This document shows positions 20,520-30,268 of a DNA stretch of 64,000 nt, piece by piece. Position 1 is the stretch's first letter. Each line of letters starts with the position of its first letter. Source of the stretch: an uncultured Planctomycetaceae bacterium (GTDB taxonomy: Bacteria; Planctomycetota; Planctomycetia; Planctomycetales; Planctomycetaceae); assembly GCA_963815195.1 (NCBI GenBank), contig CAWFGE010000015.1:731227-795226 (forward strand). Reading direction: 5' to 3'. The position numbers and the translations under genes are program-made. The notes beneath the pieces were generated by a model. That model did no database searches, had not been told where the DNA came from, and was given only the letters and a program-made list of their open reading frames with translations.

Positions 20520-21413
20520 ATGCTCGTCAGCGCCGTGATTCCAACGTTTAACCATGCCCGTTATGTGTGCGAAGCCGTGGAGAGTGCGCTCGCTCAACGC
20601 GATGTCGCTATGGAAGTGATCGTCGTGGATGACGGGAGCACCGACGACACGGCCTTGCGCCTGTCCGCCTATCAGAATCGGATCCAGTCCATCCGCCAGG
20701 AAAACCAAGGCCTGTCCGCCGCTCGGAATGCGGGAATCCAAGCCTCCCGCGGCGATTGGATCGCCTTTCTGGATGCCGACGACCTTTGGCACCCCCTTAA
20801 AACCTTCGTGCAAATTCATGCGGCCGTGCGCGCTAGGAGCGGCGTGTGCGTCATCGGGTCGCTTTCCGCGCGGGAACTCCCAGCCGTGCTCGATCCGCAA
20901 CCGGCCGTCGAGCCCTTGGACGTGAGAACCTTGCTCTTAAAGACGCGGTTCGGACCTTCGGGAGCGATTGTCAAGCGCGAATGTCTGGAAAAAATCGGCG
21001 GCTTCGACGTGCAACTGGGCCCTGCATCGGATCGAGATCTGTGGCTGCGATTGGCGGCCGAGTTTCCCACCGTCCGCGTGCTCAGCCCCTGCTGGTGGTA
21101 CCGCGAGCATGCGGGGCAAATGAGTAAAAATGCCTCGAAAATGGAAGCCGACTATGACAAAGTCTTGGAGAAATTCTTTCGCAATCATCCGGAATACAGC
21201 GAATTTCGCGACATGGCCTGGAGCTACTCGTTGATGGATTCCGCCATTTGCCACCGCGAATGTGGAAAAACACAAAAGGCGCTCGTCTTAGCCGCCCGGT
21301 CGATGTGGCGTTATCCCAAATCCCTTTCGCGCGGCCCTTTGTTTCGGTTGAAATTCCTCGCTCGAACTCTTGTTCCTAAGAACGTGTTGGGAAACCTGAG
21401 CGGTAGGCGCTAG
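20520..21413 (+). CDS. Glycosyltransferase family 2
   Basis: VSAVIPTFN, VVDDGSTD, GLSAARNAG, AFLDADD. Confidence 0.92.
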   Translation: MLVSAVIPTFNHARYVCEAVESALAQRDVAMEVIVVDDGSTDDTALRLSAYQNRIQSIRQENQGLSAARNAGIQASRGDWIAFLDADDLWHPLKTFVQIHAAVRARSGVCVIGSLSARELPAVLDPQPAVEPLDVRTLLLKTRFGPSGAIVKRECLEKIGGFDVQLGPASDRDLWLRLAAEFPTVRVLSPCWWYREHAGQMSKNASKMEADYDKVLEKFFRNHPEYSEFRDMAWSYSLMDSAICHRECGKTQKALVLAARSMWRYPKSLSRGPLFRLKFLARTLVPKNVLGNLSGRR

Positions 21414-21980
21414 CCTCCGGCTTTGATGAAATCCTATTCACTAAATCAACGCCGGCGGCTAGCCACCCAGAGGGTACCCGGCCGCTCACGATTTTGATCG
21501 AATTCAAAACCTTGGCGCTGCAACGGTTGCTTGCCAAGCGACGGCAGAGCTGTGGGCTTTGGAAGATCGACGCCCGATCAGAACCTCCCATCGCTTCGCA
21601 ACCCAGGTTGACAAGCAACCTGGGCCACCCTGCACCAAAAGAATTTAGGGCCGAAGGCCCGGCCCTATGTCAGCCCGGGGCAAGCGCAGCGCCGCCCTGG
21701 GTTACGAATGATGAATGAAACACAAGCCCCAACGGGGCGGCCCTATGTGGCAACCTTCTCCGGTTGAGGACCGCCCGGTTGAGGACCGCCCCGTTGGGGC
21801 TTTTGCACTTTGTTAGTTCCCGTTCCCCAGGGCTGCGCCCTTATAGGATTTGCTGAGGGATGGATCGGCCGCGGGAGAGGGCGGGGGGACGCAAGTCTCT
21901 CCCCACGGACTCTTCCGCGCCGGAGCCGATCCAGCGCCGTTTTTTTCCTGTTTTTCCAGCCCCAACTTTGAGAGGATCAA

Positions 21981-22158
21981 AATCAGGCACGCGTCGCCCC
22001 GCTACGAATCGTGCGCCCCATCGCTTCAACGATTGAGCCCAGACTTTCGAGCGGGACGATGCTCTTGGGAACCAACGAATCACTCCAGATGATGACGCCA
22101 AAACGTCTCGGACTATAAGGTTTTCGCCCGCTCCCAAGATCGCGTGCCCTTTTTGATT
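21981..22158 (+). ncRNA. Predicted IS110 bridge RNA (the transcript probably starts near 21855 and includes a 5' hairpin)
   Basis: Closing stem GGCACGCG/CGCGTGCC; target loop with TGCGCCC (22012-18) and AGCCCAG (22036-42); donor loop with CAGATG (22086-91) and CTATAAG (22113-19). Confidence 0.82.
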
Positions 22159-22188
22159 GTGTTTCACTTTAACAGGAGACGATCCCCC

Positions 22189-23473
22189 ATGCACTCGAAT
22201 TTGCTCGACCCCAATGCCTGTGTGCTGATCGGCCTCGATTGGGCCGACCGCGAACATGCCGTCTGCCGGCTGCTTCCCGACGGCGGAACCGAACACCGGC
22301 AACTCGAACACACGCCCGAAGCGATTGCCGACTGGCTCGCCGGCCTGCGGAAGCAATTCCCCGGTCGCCCGATTCGGATCGCGTTGGAGCAAAGCCGCGG
22401 CGCGCTGATGAACGCGCTCCGCCGTTTCGCCGACCTGGAACTCGAACTGTATCCCATCAATCCCAAGCAGCTGGCCCGCTATCGGGACGCGATTCATCCT
22501 TCGGGAGCGAAATCCGATCCAGACGATGCGCAGCTCTTGGCCCGCTTTCTGCAAAACCATCAGGAGCAACTCCTCCCGTTCGTGGCGGACGATCCCGAAA
22601 CCCGCCGCCTGGCCGAGTTGTCCGAACTTCGCCGCAAGCTGGTCGATGACCGCAAAACCCTTGTGCAGAAGCTCGAAGGCACGCTCAAGCTGTATTTTCC
22701 GCAACTGCTCGAATGGTGTGCCGGCAAGAGTCGCCAACCCCTGTTGCTCGCCGTGCTTCGCCGCTGGCCGAGCTTGGGCGATCTTAAGCGGGCTCATCCC
22801 AAAACGCTGCGCACGTTCCTCGCCGAGCATGGCCTGCGGAACCCCGACCAGCAAACCGAGTGGATCGACAACGTCCGCCCCGCCACCCCGTTGACCGAGG
22901 ATGCCAGTTTGATCGAACCCCGCGCGATGTACGCCCAAAGTCTCGGCCGGCAAATCGAGGAACTGAACGAGGCCATTGCCAAATTCGAGAAGCAACTGGA
23001 CGAGGCGACCACCGCGCATCCCGACCACGAACTGTTCCGCTCGCTGCCCGGTGCCGGCGACGTCCTCACGCCGCGACTCATCGTGGCGATGGGCTCCGAC
23101 CGGGACCGCTACCAAGACGCCGGGGACGTGCAATCCAAAAGCGGCATCGCCCCGATCACCAAGCAAAGCGGGAAGACCCGGCTCGTGTTGTCGCGAATCG
23201 CCTGCCCCAAATTTCTCCGGCAGACATTCCACGAGTTCGCCGACCAGGCCCGCCGCTGGAGCGATTGGTCCCGAGCGTTCTATCAAATGAAACGCGCAGG
23301 CCGGCATGAGCCACCACGCCGCGGTCCGCGCCTTGGCCTTCAAATGGATTCGCATCATCTTTCGGATGTGGCAAACCGGCACCCCTTACTCGGAAATGAA
23401 GTACCAGGAACAACTCACAATCAGAAACAGCCCCGTCTGGAATTTATTGGAAACAACAACAGAAACCACCTGA
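22189..23473 (+). CDS. IS110 DEDD recombinase/transposase (indel near 23298)
   Basis: GLDWA, IALEQ, KSDPDDA, SLPGAG, GIAPITKQSGK; shifted frame continues HAAVRALAFKWIRIIFRMWQ to TGA 23473; AGGAG RBS. Confidence 0.92.
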
Positions 23474-23712
23474 AACCCACTTGAAAAAACCTCAGATGTC
23501 TGGGCTGACATAGCGCCGGACCTTCGGTCCTTTTTCCGTAATTTGGAACGACTGAAATTCCAAGACCGCTTACTTCGTGCGCGGCTCAGTCGCTTTTTGT
23601 CATGTCCGGGTTTTCAAGAAACCGGGCGGGGTGGCTGGGGTCGGTTTGTCGAAAGGTGCGTGGCTTCAAGAATACGCTGGATCGACAAACTGCCCCCAGT
23701 CGTGCCGCTTCT

Positions 23713-24991
23713 TCAACCGTTCCCCATCCGTTCCCGCACCAACGCCAGGGCTTCCTCGTGTGTGTGGATTTCGCCGTTGAGTTGGGCGTCGCGGACGGTT
23801 TCCAGAAGGTCTTTGAACTCGGGGCCCGGCTCGAGGCCCAGGTCGATCAAGTCCTTGCCGGTGATGAGCGGCGGGGGGTTCAGTTCCTCGGGCGGGGTGT
23901 TTCGAAGGTATTCTTCGCAGAAGATCACCGGCCCCAGATCGAGGTCTTTGGTGATGCGCTCGACCCGCATGAGCTTCAAGAGGTCCACGGTCAACCGCTG
24001 GGCCAGGAGCCTCTTGAGTCGGCAGAGCGGAAGCTGCGGCGCATCGTCCAACGCCCGCTGATGATCCAACAGCCAGGCGATATCGTCGGTTTCCTGATTG
24101 GACAGCCGCCAACGCTGGCCCAGTTCGGCGGCGGTTTCCGCGAACTTGACTTGATTCGGCAGCGCATGCCAGAGCACGGCGGCCGCGAGTTCAAAACTCG
24201 GGGCCTGAAGGAGATGCAACATGTGCAGCGTCCGCTGCCATTCCTCCGCGGGAGCTTCGTCCGCCGATTTGGGCAAGATGGGCCTTAGTTCCGGGAGGAT
24301 GATCTCCAAGAGGCCCGCCTGCTGGGTCAACTGCATGCCCCGGGCGCGGTGCTCGTTGGTGAGCATCTTTCGCAGGCTCTTGCGTGATCCGCTCGGCACT
24401 CACGACGGTGAGTTGATCCGCCATCTCGCGGACGGCCGACGCGGTGATGGGGTCCAGTTCGAAATCGAGATTGGCGGCGAAGCGGACGGCCCGGAGCATT
24501 CGCAGCTTGTCTTCGCGGACGCGGTCGTGCGGATCGCCGATGGCGCGGACGATGCCCGCCCCCAGGTCGCGCTCGCCGCCGACGTAATCGAGCACCTGCT
24601 GAGCCAGGGGATCGAAGAACATGCCGTTGATGGTGAAGTCCCGCCGTTTGGCGTCTTCCTCGGGGGTGGCGAAGGTGACGGACTCGGGCCGCCGGCCGTC
24701 GAGGTACGGACCTTCGGTGCGGAAGGTGGCGACTTCCACATCCGCCACGCCCCGCGGACCGCGGACGACGATTACCCCGAAGCTCGCTCCGACGGCGAGA
24801 GTCCGGCGGTGGCCGAAGATTTGACGGACTTCCTCGGGCCGGGCGTCGGTGGCGACGTCATAATCCTTGGGGACCCGGCCCAAGAGATAGTCCCGCACGC
24901 ACCCGCCCGCCCACAGCGCCTGATGTCCCGCCTGCTTCAGGCGGCTCACCACTTCGCCGGCAAACTCGCGATTGCGGTCGGTTGGGGGCAT
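23713..24991 (-). CDS. cca: CCA tRNA nucleotidyltransferase/poly(A) polymerase family (indel near 24375)
   Basis: AGGCVRD, KDYDVAT, EVATFR, RRDFTING, EDKLRMLRAVRF, ERI. Confidence 0.88.
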
Positions 24992-25019
24992 CGCGGCAAC
25001 TCCTCCAAAATCTCACATT

Positions 25020-25165
25020 GAGGCCACAGAGGAGCAAAGGCAAGACAGGCGGAACATTTCGCCGACTCTCGGCGGCCAAACACTTTGTGGCCTTTGCACC
25101 TCAAAAACAGCCTCATTTCCGAATGAGCGACATATCGATGAGAACGCGCCCTTTACCGTTTGACT
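25020..25165. repeat. Partial relative of the 36392-36629 MITE
   Basis: 25020-25100 is similar to the reverse complement of 36470-36552; ends TTACCGTTTGAC, resembling the TIR end TTACAGTTTGAG. Confidence 0.65.
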
Positions 25166-25256
25166 GTATTCCAACACCGCCGGGCTCACAATGATGAGAC
25201 ACCGCCCCCGGCGGTGCGTTCGCTCGCTCCGTCACCGCTTTGGAGCCGGGCGAGGT

Positions 25257-27203
25257 TCACAACTCAATCTGCACGCCGATTTCGACGATGTTTTCCGGCG
25301 GGAGGTTGAAGTAGGCCGTCGCGGTTTGGGCGTTGTCGGACATCCACAAAAACAGGCGTTTTCGCCAACTGGCCATTTCGGGGTGGTCGCCGATGACGAG
25401 GGTCTCCCGGCCGAGGAAAAAGCTGATGTCCTTGGCGGCGAGGGCGTCGCGCAGCGTCGGCTGGGCGATTCTCGCGAGATCGCGGGGCACGTCGGGGCCT
25501 TCCATGAATCCGTAAGTCAGTTCGATCCGCCAGCAGCCTTCGCCGATTTCCTCGATGACGACGCGGTCTTTCGGGCGGACGTGCGGAACTTCCGCCGTGG
25601 CGACGCACAAGAGCACCACGGTTTCGTGCATGATCCGGTTGTGCTTGATATTGTGCCGGAGCGCCGGCGGCGTGCCGATGGGATTGCCCGACATAAAAAT
25701 CGCCGTCCCCGGCACGCGCATGGGCGGATCGGACAACTGCTCGGCGAGAAACAAATCGATGGGAACGAGGCGTTCGCGGAGCCGGCCCGCGAGGATTTGC
25801 CGCCCGCGCCGCCAGGTGGACATCAGCGTGAAGACGGTCCCCGCCACCAGGAGCGGAAACCAGCCGCCGTCGTGGATCTTGAGCAGATTCGCCCCCAGAA
25901 ACGAGAGGTCGATCACAAAAAACACACCCGACACCAGGATCGCCACGGGCAGGCTCCAGTTCCAACGCGACGTGACCAACAGGAAAAACAGCACCGTGGT
26001 AATCACCATGGTGATCGTGATCGCGACCCCGTACGCCGCGGCCAATCGGCTCGACGATCCAAATCCGATCACGAGCGCAATGCAAGCGACCATCAAGGCC
26101 CAGTTGATCGAGGGAATGTAGATTTGCCCCATCTGCTCGTGGGAGGTGTGGCAGATCAGCACGCGGGGGCTGTAGCCGAGCTGGACGGCTTGCAGCGTCA
26201 GCGAGAACGCCCCCGTGATCACGGCCTGCGAAGCGATCACCGTCGCGACCGTGGCCATCAACACCAATGGGTAGAGCGCCCAATCCGGCGCCATGCGGTA
26301 GAACGGGTTGACCGCGGCTTCGGCGGGATGGGGATGGTTGATCAGAAACGCCCCCTGGCCGAAATAATTCAAGAGAAGCGCGGGCAGCACGATCGAAAAC
26401 CACGTGAGGCGGATCGGCGGGGCTCCGAAGTGGCCGATGTCGGCATAAAGCGCTTCCCCGCCCGTGACGACCAGAAACACCGTCCCCAAAATCACAAACC
26501 CCGCAAACCCGTTCATCAGAAAGAAGTCGAAGGCATGCACCGGATTGATTGCCCGAAATACGCTGGGGTTGTCGAGGATATGCGACACGCCCAGCACCGC
26601 CATCGTGATGAACCACACAAAAATAATCGGACCGAACACCGTGCCCACGCCCGCCGTCCCGCGGGACTGGAACAGAAACAGGCCGACCAGAATCCCAATC
26701 GTGATCGGGATGACAAACGGCTCGAACACGTGCGGGGCCGCGACGTTCAAACCCTCGATGGCGCTCAGCACCGAAATCGCCGGCGTGATCATGCCGTCGG
26801 CATACAAGAGGGCCGCGCCGAACAAACCCAAGAGCACGATGGCTCCGCGCTGCTTGGCTTCGGTGCCGCGGATTTGCGAGGCCCCCTGGATCGGCGTCAC
26901 CAACGCCGCGAGCGAAAGGATCCCGCCTTCGCCGTTGTTATCGGCCCGCAAAATGAAGATCAGGTACTTGATCGAAATCACGATCAACAGCGACCAGAAT
27001 ATCAGCGAGAGCACGCCCAGGATGTTCGCCGGCTCGAGCGGGGAAATGGCGTGTTCCCCGTGAAAGCATTCCCGGATCGCATACAACGGGCTGGTGCCGA
27101 TGTCGCCGTAGACGACTCCCAGCGAAGTGACGGCCAACAGGAATAATTGGCGCCCCGTGAGAGCCTGAGAGGATTGGGACTCGGATTCAGGCCGATCAGT
27201 CAT
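25257..27203 (-). CDS. kup: Potassium transporter Kup
   Basis: LGVVYGDIGTSPLY, GEGG, ITPAISVLSA, TGGEALYADIGHFG, GQIYIP. Confidence 0.96.
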   Translation of the reverse strand: MTDRPESESQSSQALTGRQLFLLAVTSLGVVYGDIGTSPLYAIRECFHGEHAISPLEPANILGVLSLIFWSLLIVISIKYLIFILRADNNGEGGILSLAALVTPIQGASQIRGTEAKQRGAIVLLGLFGAALLYADGMITPAISVLSAIEGLNVAAPHVFEPFVIPITIGILVGLFLFQSRGTAGVGTVFGPIIFVWFITMAVLGVSHILDNPSVFRAINPVHAFDFFLMNGFAGFVILGTVFLVVTGGEALYADIGHFGAPPIRLTWFSIVLPALLLNYFGQGAFLINHPHPAEAAVNPFYRMAPDWALYPLVLMATVATVIASQAVITGAFSLTLQAVQLGYSPRVLICHTSHEQMGQIYIPSINWALMVACIALVIGFGSSSRLAAAYGVAITITMVITTVLFFLLVTSRWNWSLPVAILVSGVFFVIDLSFLGANLLKIHDGGWFPLLVAGTVFTLMSTWRRGRQILAGRLRERLVPIDLFLAEQLSDPPMRVPGTAIFMSGNPIGTPPALRHNIKHNRIMHETVVLLCVATAEVPHVRPKDRVVIEEIGEGCWRIELTYGFMEGPDVPRDLARIAQPTLRDALAAKDISFFLGRETLVIGDHPEMASWRKRLFLWMSDNAQTATAYFNLPPENIVEIGVQIEL

Positions 27204-27302
27204 CTGCTGGGAATTCTGAACTGAAGGAGAACCGGTTCCACGCCTCGCGCGGAACGTCCTGGCAAAACGGGCAAAAAACAAGGAACTCCAGGAAGCCGCA
27301 CT

Positions 27303-28919
27303 CTAGGGGTTTTTCACCCCGGAGACAAGGTTGTCCTCGTGGACCGCATGGGCCGATTTCTCGGCGAGGGCGGCCAGGTTCTCCATCAAAGTGTGAATCT
27401 GAATCCGTTCGTCAGGCGAAATGATCTTGTCGGCGCTCGGGTAGCCGAAGCAGGCGGTTGCGGTCTGGCTTTGGAAGTGATGGTCGAGGATTTCAAAGTG
27501 GTCGGTGGTCATCAAGTTCGGGTGCGGCACGCCGCAGGCCCGGCAGAGTTGCAGAAGCTCCTTGCGAAGGGTCACGATGTAATTCGCGAGCCGGGCCGAC
27601 TTGTGGGTGGGATCGAGGCCGCGCATCAGCCAGCGGTTTTGGGTGGCAATCCCGGTGGGGCAGTGGCCGGTGTGGCAGCGCTGGGCCTGGATGCAGCCGA
27701 TGGCGAGCATCGCCTCGCGGCCGACGTTGATCATGTCGCAGCCCAACCCGAAGGCGAGCAGCGACGTTTCCGGAAAGCCGAGCTTCCCCGACCCGATGAA
27801 GACCACCTTGCGGTGCAGCCCCGCTTCGACAAACATTTGAAACACCGCGCTCATCGCGCGTTTGAAGGGCATGGCCACGTGGTCGGAGAACACCAAAGGT
27901 GCCGCCCCCGTCCCGCCTTCGCCGCCGTCGATCGTGATGAAATCCACCCCGCGGTCGCCGGCGGACATCTTGTCGATCAACTCCGACCAGAAATCCATCT
28001 GGCCCACCGCGGCTTTGATGCCCACGGGCAGCCCGCTGGCGTCGGCGATCCGCTCCACGAAATCCAAGAGCCCGTCCACATCGTGAAATTCCCGGTGGGC
28101 CGCCGGGCTGATGCAGTCCCTCCCCAGCGGGATGCCGCGAATTTTGGCGATCTCGGGAGTGACCTTCGCCGCGGGCAGCACGCCGCCCCGCCCCGGCTTC
28201 GCACCCTGGCTGAGCTTGATTTCAATCGCCCGGATCGGATTGGCGCGGGCGACTTCCAAAAACCGAGGCAGCGAAAATCGCCCGTTCTCGTCCCGGCAGC
28301 CGAAGTAGCCCGTGCCGATCTGCCAGATGAGCTGCCCGCCTTTTTGATGATAAGGCGAGACGCCGCCTTCGCCGGTGTTGTGCAGGCAGTCGGCGATCCG
28401 ACTGCCGCGATTGATGGCTTCGATCGCCGGGCCGCTCAGCGAACCGAAGCTCATCCCGGAAATGTTGACCACGGAATGGGGCCGAAACGCCTTGGCCCGC
28501 CCGCGATGTTCGCCCACAACTTTCGCGCACGGGATGCGGTACAGCGGATCGTAATTGGATTCGCCCGGCATCGGATCGGACAGCGGGAACATCGATTGGC
28601 GGATGATGAGATAGTTCGGCTCGGTCTCCAGGTCGTTGTCCGTCCCGAACCCGAAGTAGTTGTTTTCCTTTTTCGACGAGGCATAGATCCAGGTCCGCTC
28701 GTCCCGGCTGAAGGGCCGCTCTTCGTTGTTGCTCGTGACGATGTACTGCCGAAGCTCCGGGCCGATGCTTTCGAGCAGATAGCGAAAGTGCCCGATGAGC
28801 GGAAAGTTGTGTAAGATGGCGTGCTTCCGCTGGATCACATCGTACAGAAATACCAAGATCACCACCGCCGCCACGAAACTGATCAATCCATTCATGCCCA
28901 TGAACGCCACACTCGCCAA
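27303..28919 (-). CDS. FMN-binding glutamate synthase family protein
   Basis: MSFGSLS, NTGEGG, IEIKLSQGAKPG, DGGEGGTGAAP, CIQAQRCHTGHCPTG. Confidence 0.93.
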   Translation of the reverse strand: MASVAFMGMNGLISFVAAVVILVFLYDVIQRKHAILHNFPLIGHFRYLLESIGPELRQYIVTSNNEERPFSRDERTWIYASSKKENNYFGFGTDNDLETEPNYLIIRQSMFPLSDPMPGESNYDPLYRIPCAKVVGEHRGRAKAFRPHSVVNISGMSFGSLSGPAIEAINRGSRIADCLHNTGEGGVSPYHQKGGQLIWQIGTGYFGCRDENGRFSLPRFLEVARANPIRAIEIKLSQGAKPGRGGVLPAAKVTPEIAKIRGIPLGRDCISPAAHREFHDVDGLLDFVERIADASGLPVGIKAAVGQMDFWSELIDKMSAGDRGVDFITIDGGEGGTGAAPLVFSDHVAMPFKRAMSAVFQMFVEAGLHRKVVFIGSGKLGFPETSLLAFGLGCDMINVGREAMLAIGCIQAQRCHTGHCPTGIATQNRWLMRGLDPTHKSARLANYIVTLRKELLQLCRACGVPHPNLMTTDHFEILDHHFQSQTATACFGYPSADKIISPDERIQIHTLMENLAALAEKSAHAVHEDNLVSGVKNP

Positions 28920-29029
28920 AGAGTCAAACCGGAGGGGTTTCTGGCAATTATCGCGATTTTCCCGGCGATTTGACAGGCCACCGCGGCAATTCGGCCGGCG
29001 GCGCGCGGCGAACGTTCTGGCACAATTGA

Positions 29030-29086
29030 CCGCTTACTTCGTGCGCGGCTCATTTCGCAATAAGAGCCGCGCACGTAGTAAGCGGA
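29030..29086. repeat. REP pair (GAGCCGCGCACGAAGTAAGCGG family)
   Basis: CCGCTTACTTCGTGCGCGGCTC...GAGCCGCGCACGTAGTAAGCGG; other copies near 23566, 36311, 36642 and 40829-40899. Confidence 0.85.
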
Positions 29087-29111
29087 AACGTGGCGGAAAC
29101 GTGGCCCATCT

Positions 29112-30116
29112 TCAAAACCAGCGGCGTTTGTCGACGAGCGTGATCGGGTCTTCGCCTTGGACGAATTGGCGGATGTTCGCCAGCAGCGTTTCCAAATGCC
29201 GCTGGGCAACCCGCGGCGAAGCGGCGGCGACGTGGGGCGTGATGATCACGTTCGCCATGTCCCACAGCGGATGATCGGCAGGCAGCGGCTCTTCCTCGAA
29301 CACGTCCAAAGCCGCCCCCGCGATCTCGCCGTTCTGTAAAGCCGCGGTAAGATCCGCCAGATCGACAATCACCCCGCGGCCGATGTTGATCAGCCGGGCC
29401 GACGGCTTCATTTGCTGGAACTCTCTCGCCCGAAACAGCTTCTCCGTCTCGGGCGTATGCGGGGCGGCGATGACCACGAAGTCGCTTCGCTCCAGAAGCT
29501 CGGGCAAGCGGTCGGTCGTCCACACGTCGAGCATCAAATCATCCACAGATCGGCACACGGGATCGACGCCCAGGAGCTGCATCCCGAACGCCGACGCCCG
29601 CCGGCAGATTTCCTTGCCGATATGCCCCACGCCCACGACGCCCATTGTGCAATCGCTCAAATGCAGATGGGCCCGGTCGATCGAAGTCACATGTCCGGGC
29701 CCGGCGGCGAAGGTGCTGCGGGCCGACTCCCCGCCCACGGGTTCCCAGCGGTGCTCCTGCTGCTGCCGGAGATAGAAGCACAGATTCCGCGCGAAGCACA
29801 ACACATAGCCCATCACATGGTCGGCGATCACATCGGAAAACAAACCCCGCATGTTGCTCAATCGGCAGGGATGCTCGATGAGGTCGGGAAACAGGTAATG
29901 CTCCAAACTGGCCGTCGGCGATTGCACCCATTCGAGTTTGGTCGATGCCCGAAGCAATGCCGGCGTCAGCTTTCCAAAAAACGCCTCGGCGTCCGCGATT
30001 TCCTTAAGCGCCTCGGCTTCGTCCCAGGCATTGACGACATGCATCGGCCCGGCGGCTTCCTCGATCTTTTGCAACCGCTCCTCATCCACGGCGGGAAACA
30101 AGACCATCTTCGTCAC
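29112..30116 (-). CDS. D-2-hydroxyacid dehydrogenase
   Basis: GVGHIG, PHTPET, INIGRG, LDVFEEEP, ITPHVA. Confidence 0.92.
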   Translation of the reverse strand: MTKMVLFPAVDEERLQKIEEAAGPMHVVNAWDEAEALKEIADAEAFFGKLTPALLRASTKLEWVQSPTASLEHYLFPDLIEHPCRLSNMRGLFSDVIADHVMGYVLCFARNLCFYLRQQQEHRWEPVGGESARSTFAAGPGHVTSIDRAHLHLSDCTMGVVGVGHIGKEICRRASAFGMQLLGVDPVCRSVDDLMLDVWTTDRLPELLERSDFVVIAAPHTPETEKLFRAREFQQMKPSARLINIGRGVIVDLADLTAALQNGEIAGAALDVFEEEPLPADHPLWDMANVIITPHVAAASPRVAQRHLETLLANIRQFVQGEDPITLVDKRRWF

Positions 30117-30268
30117 AGCGGCTCTTTTCTGGTTGATTTGCAAAAGTGAACGGAAAGGAACATGCCGCCGATTAAGAAATCGCGAGGACCTCAAAAACCA
30201 CCGGCCGCTTGCGTCTTGCCGCTCATTTTTGAAAGACAAAGAGTTGGACTTGGGGAACGATCTCTAAA

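Larger units (their letters stand above)
21840..23501 (+). mobile_element. IS110-family insertion sequence (IS621-like layout, long left non-coding end)
   Basis: CT core at both ends (cgccCTtatagg; gatgtCTgggct), no long TIRs, DEDD recombinase. Confidence 0.92.
21647..23531. repeat. REP/BIME-like palindromic element interrupted by IS110
   Basis: 21647-21677 AGGGCCGAAGGCCCGGCCCTATGTCAGCCC is an imperfect inverted repeat of 23502-23531; removing the IS restores the hairpin CCCAGGGCTGCGCCCTGGG. Confidence 0.85.
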
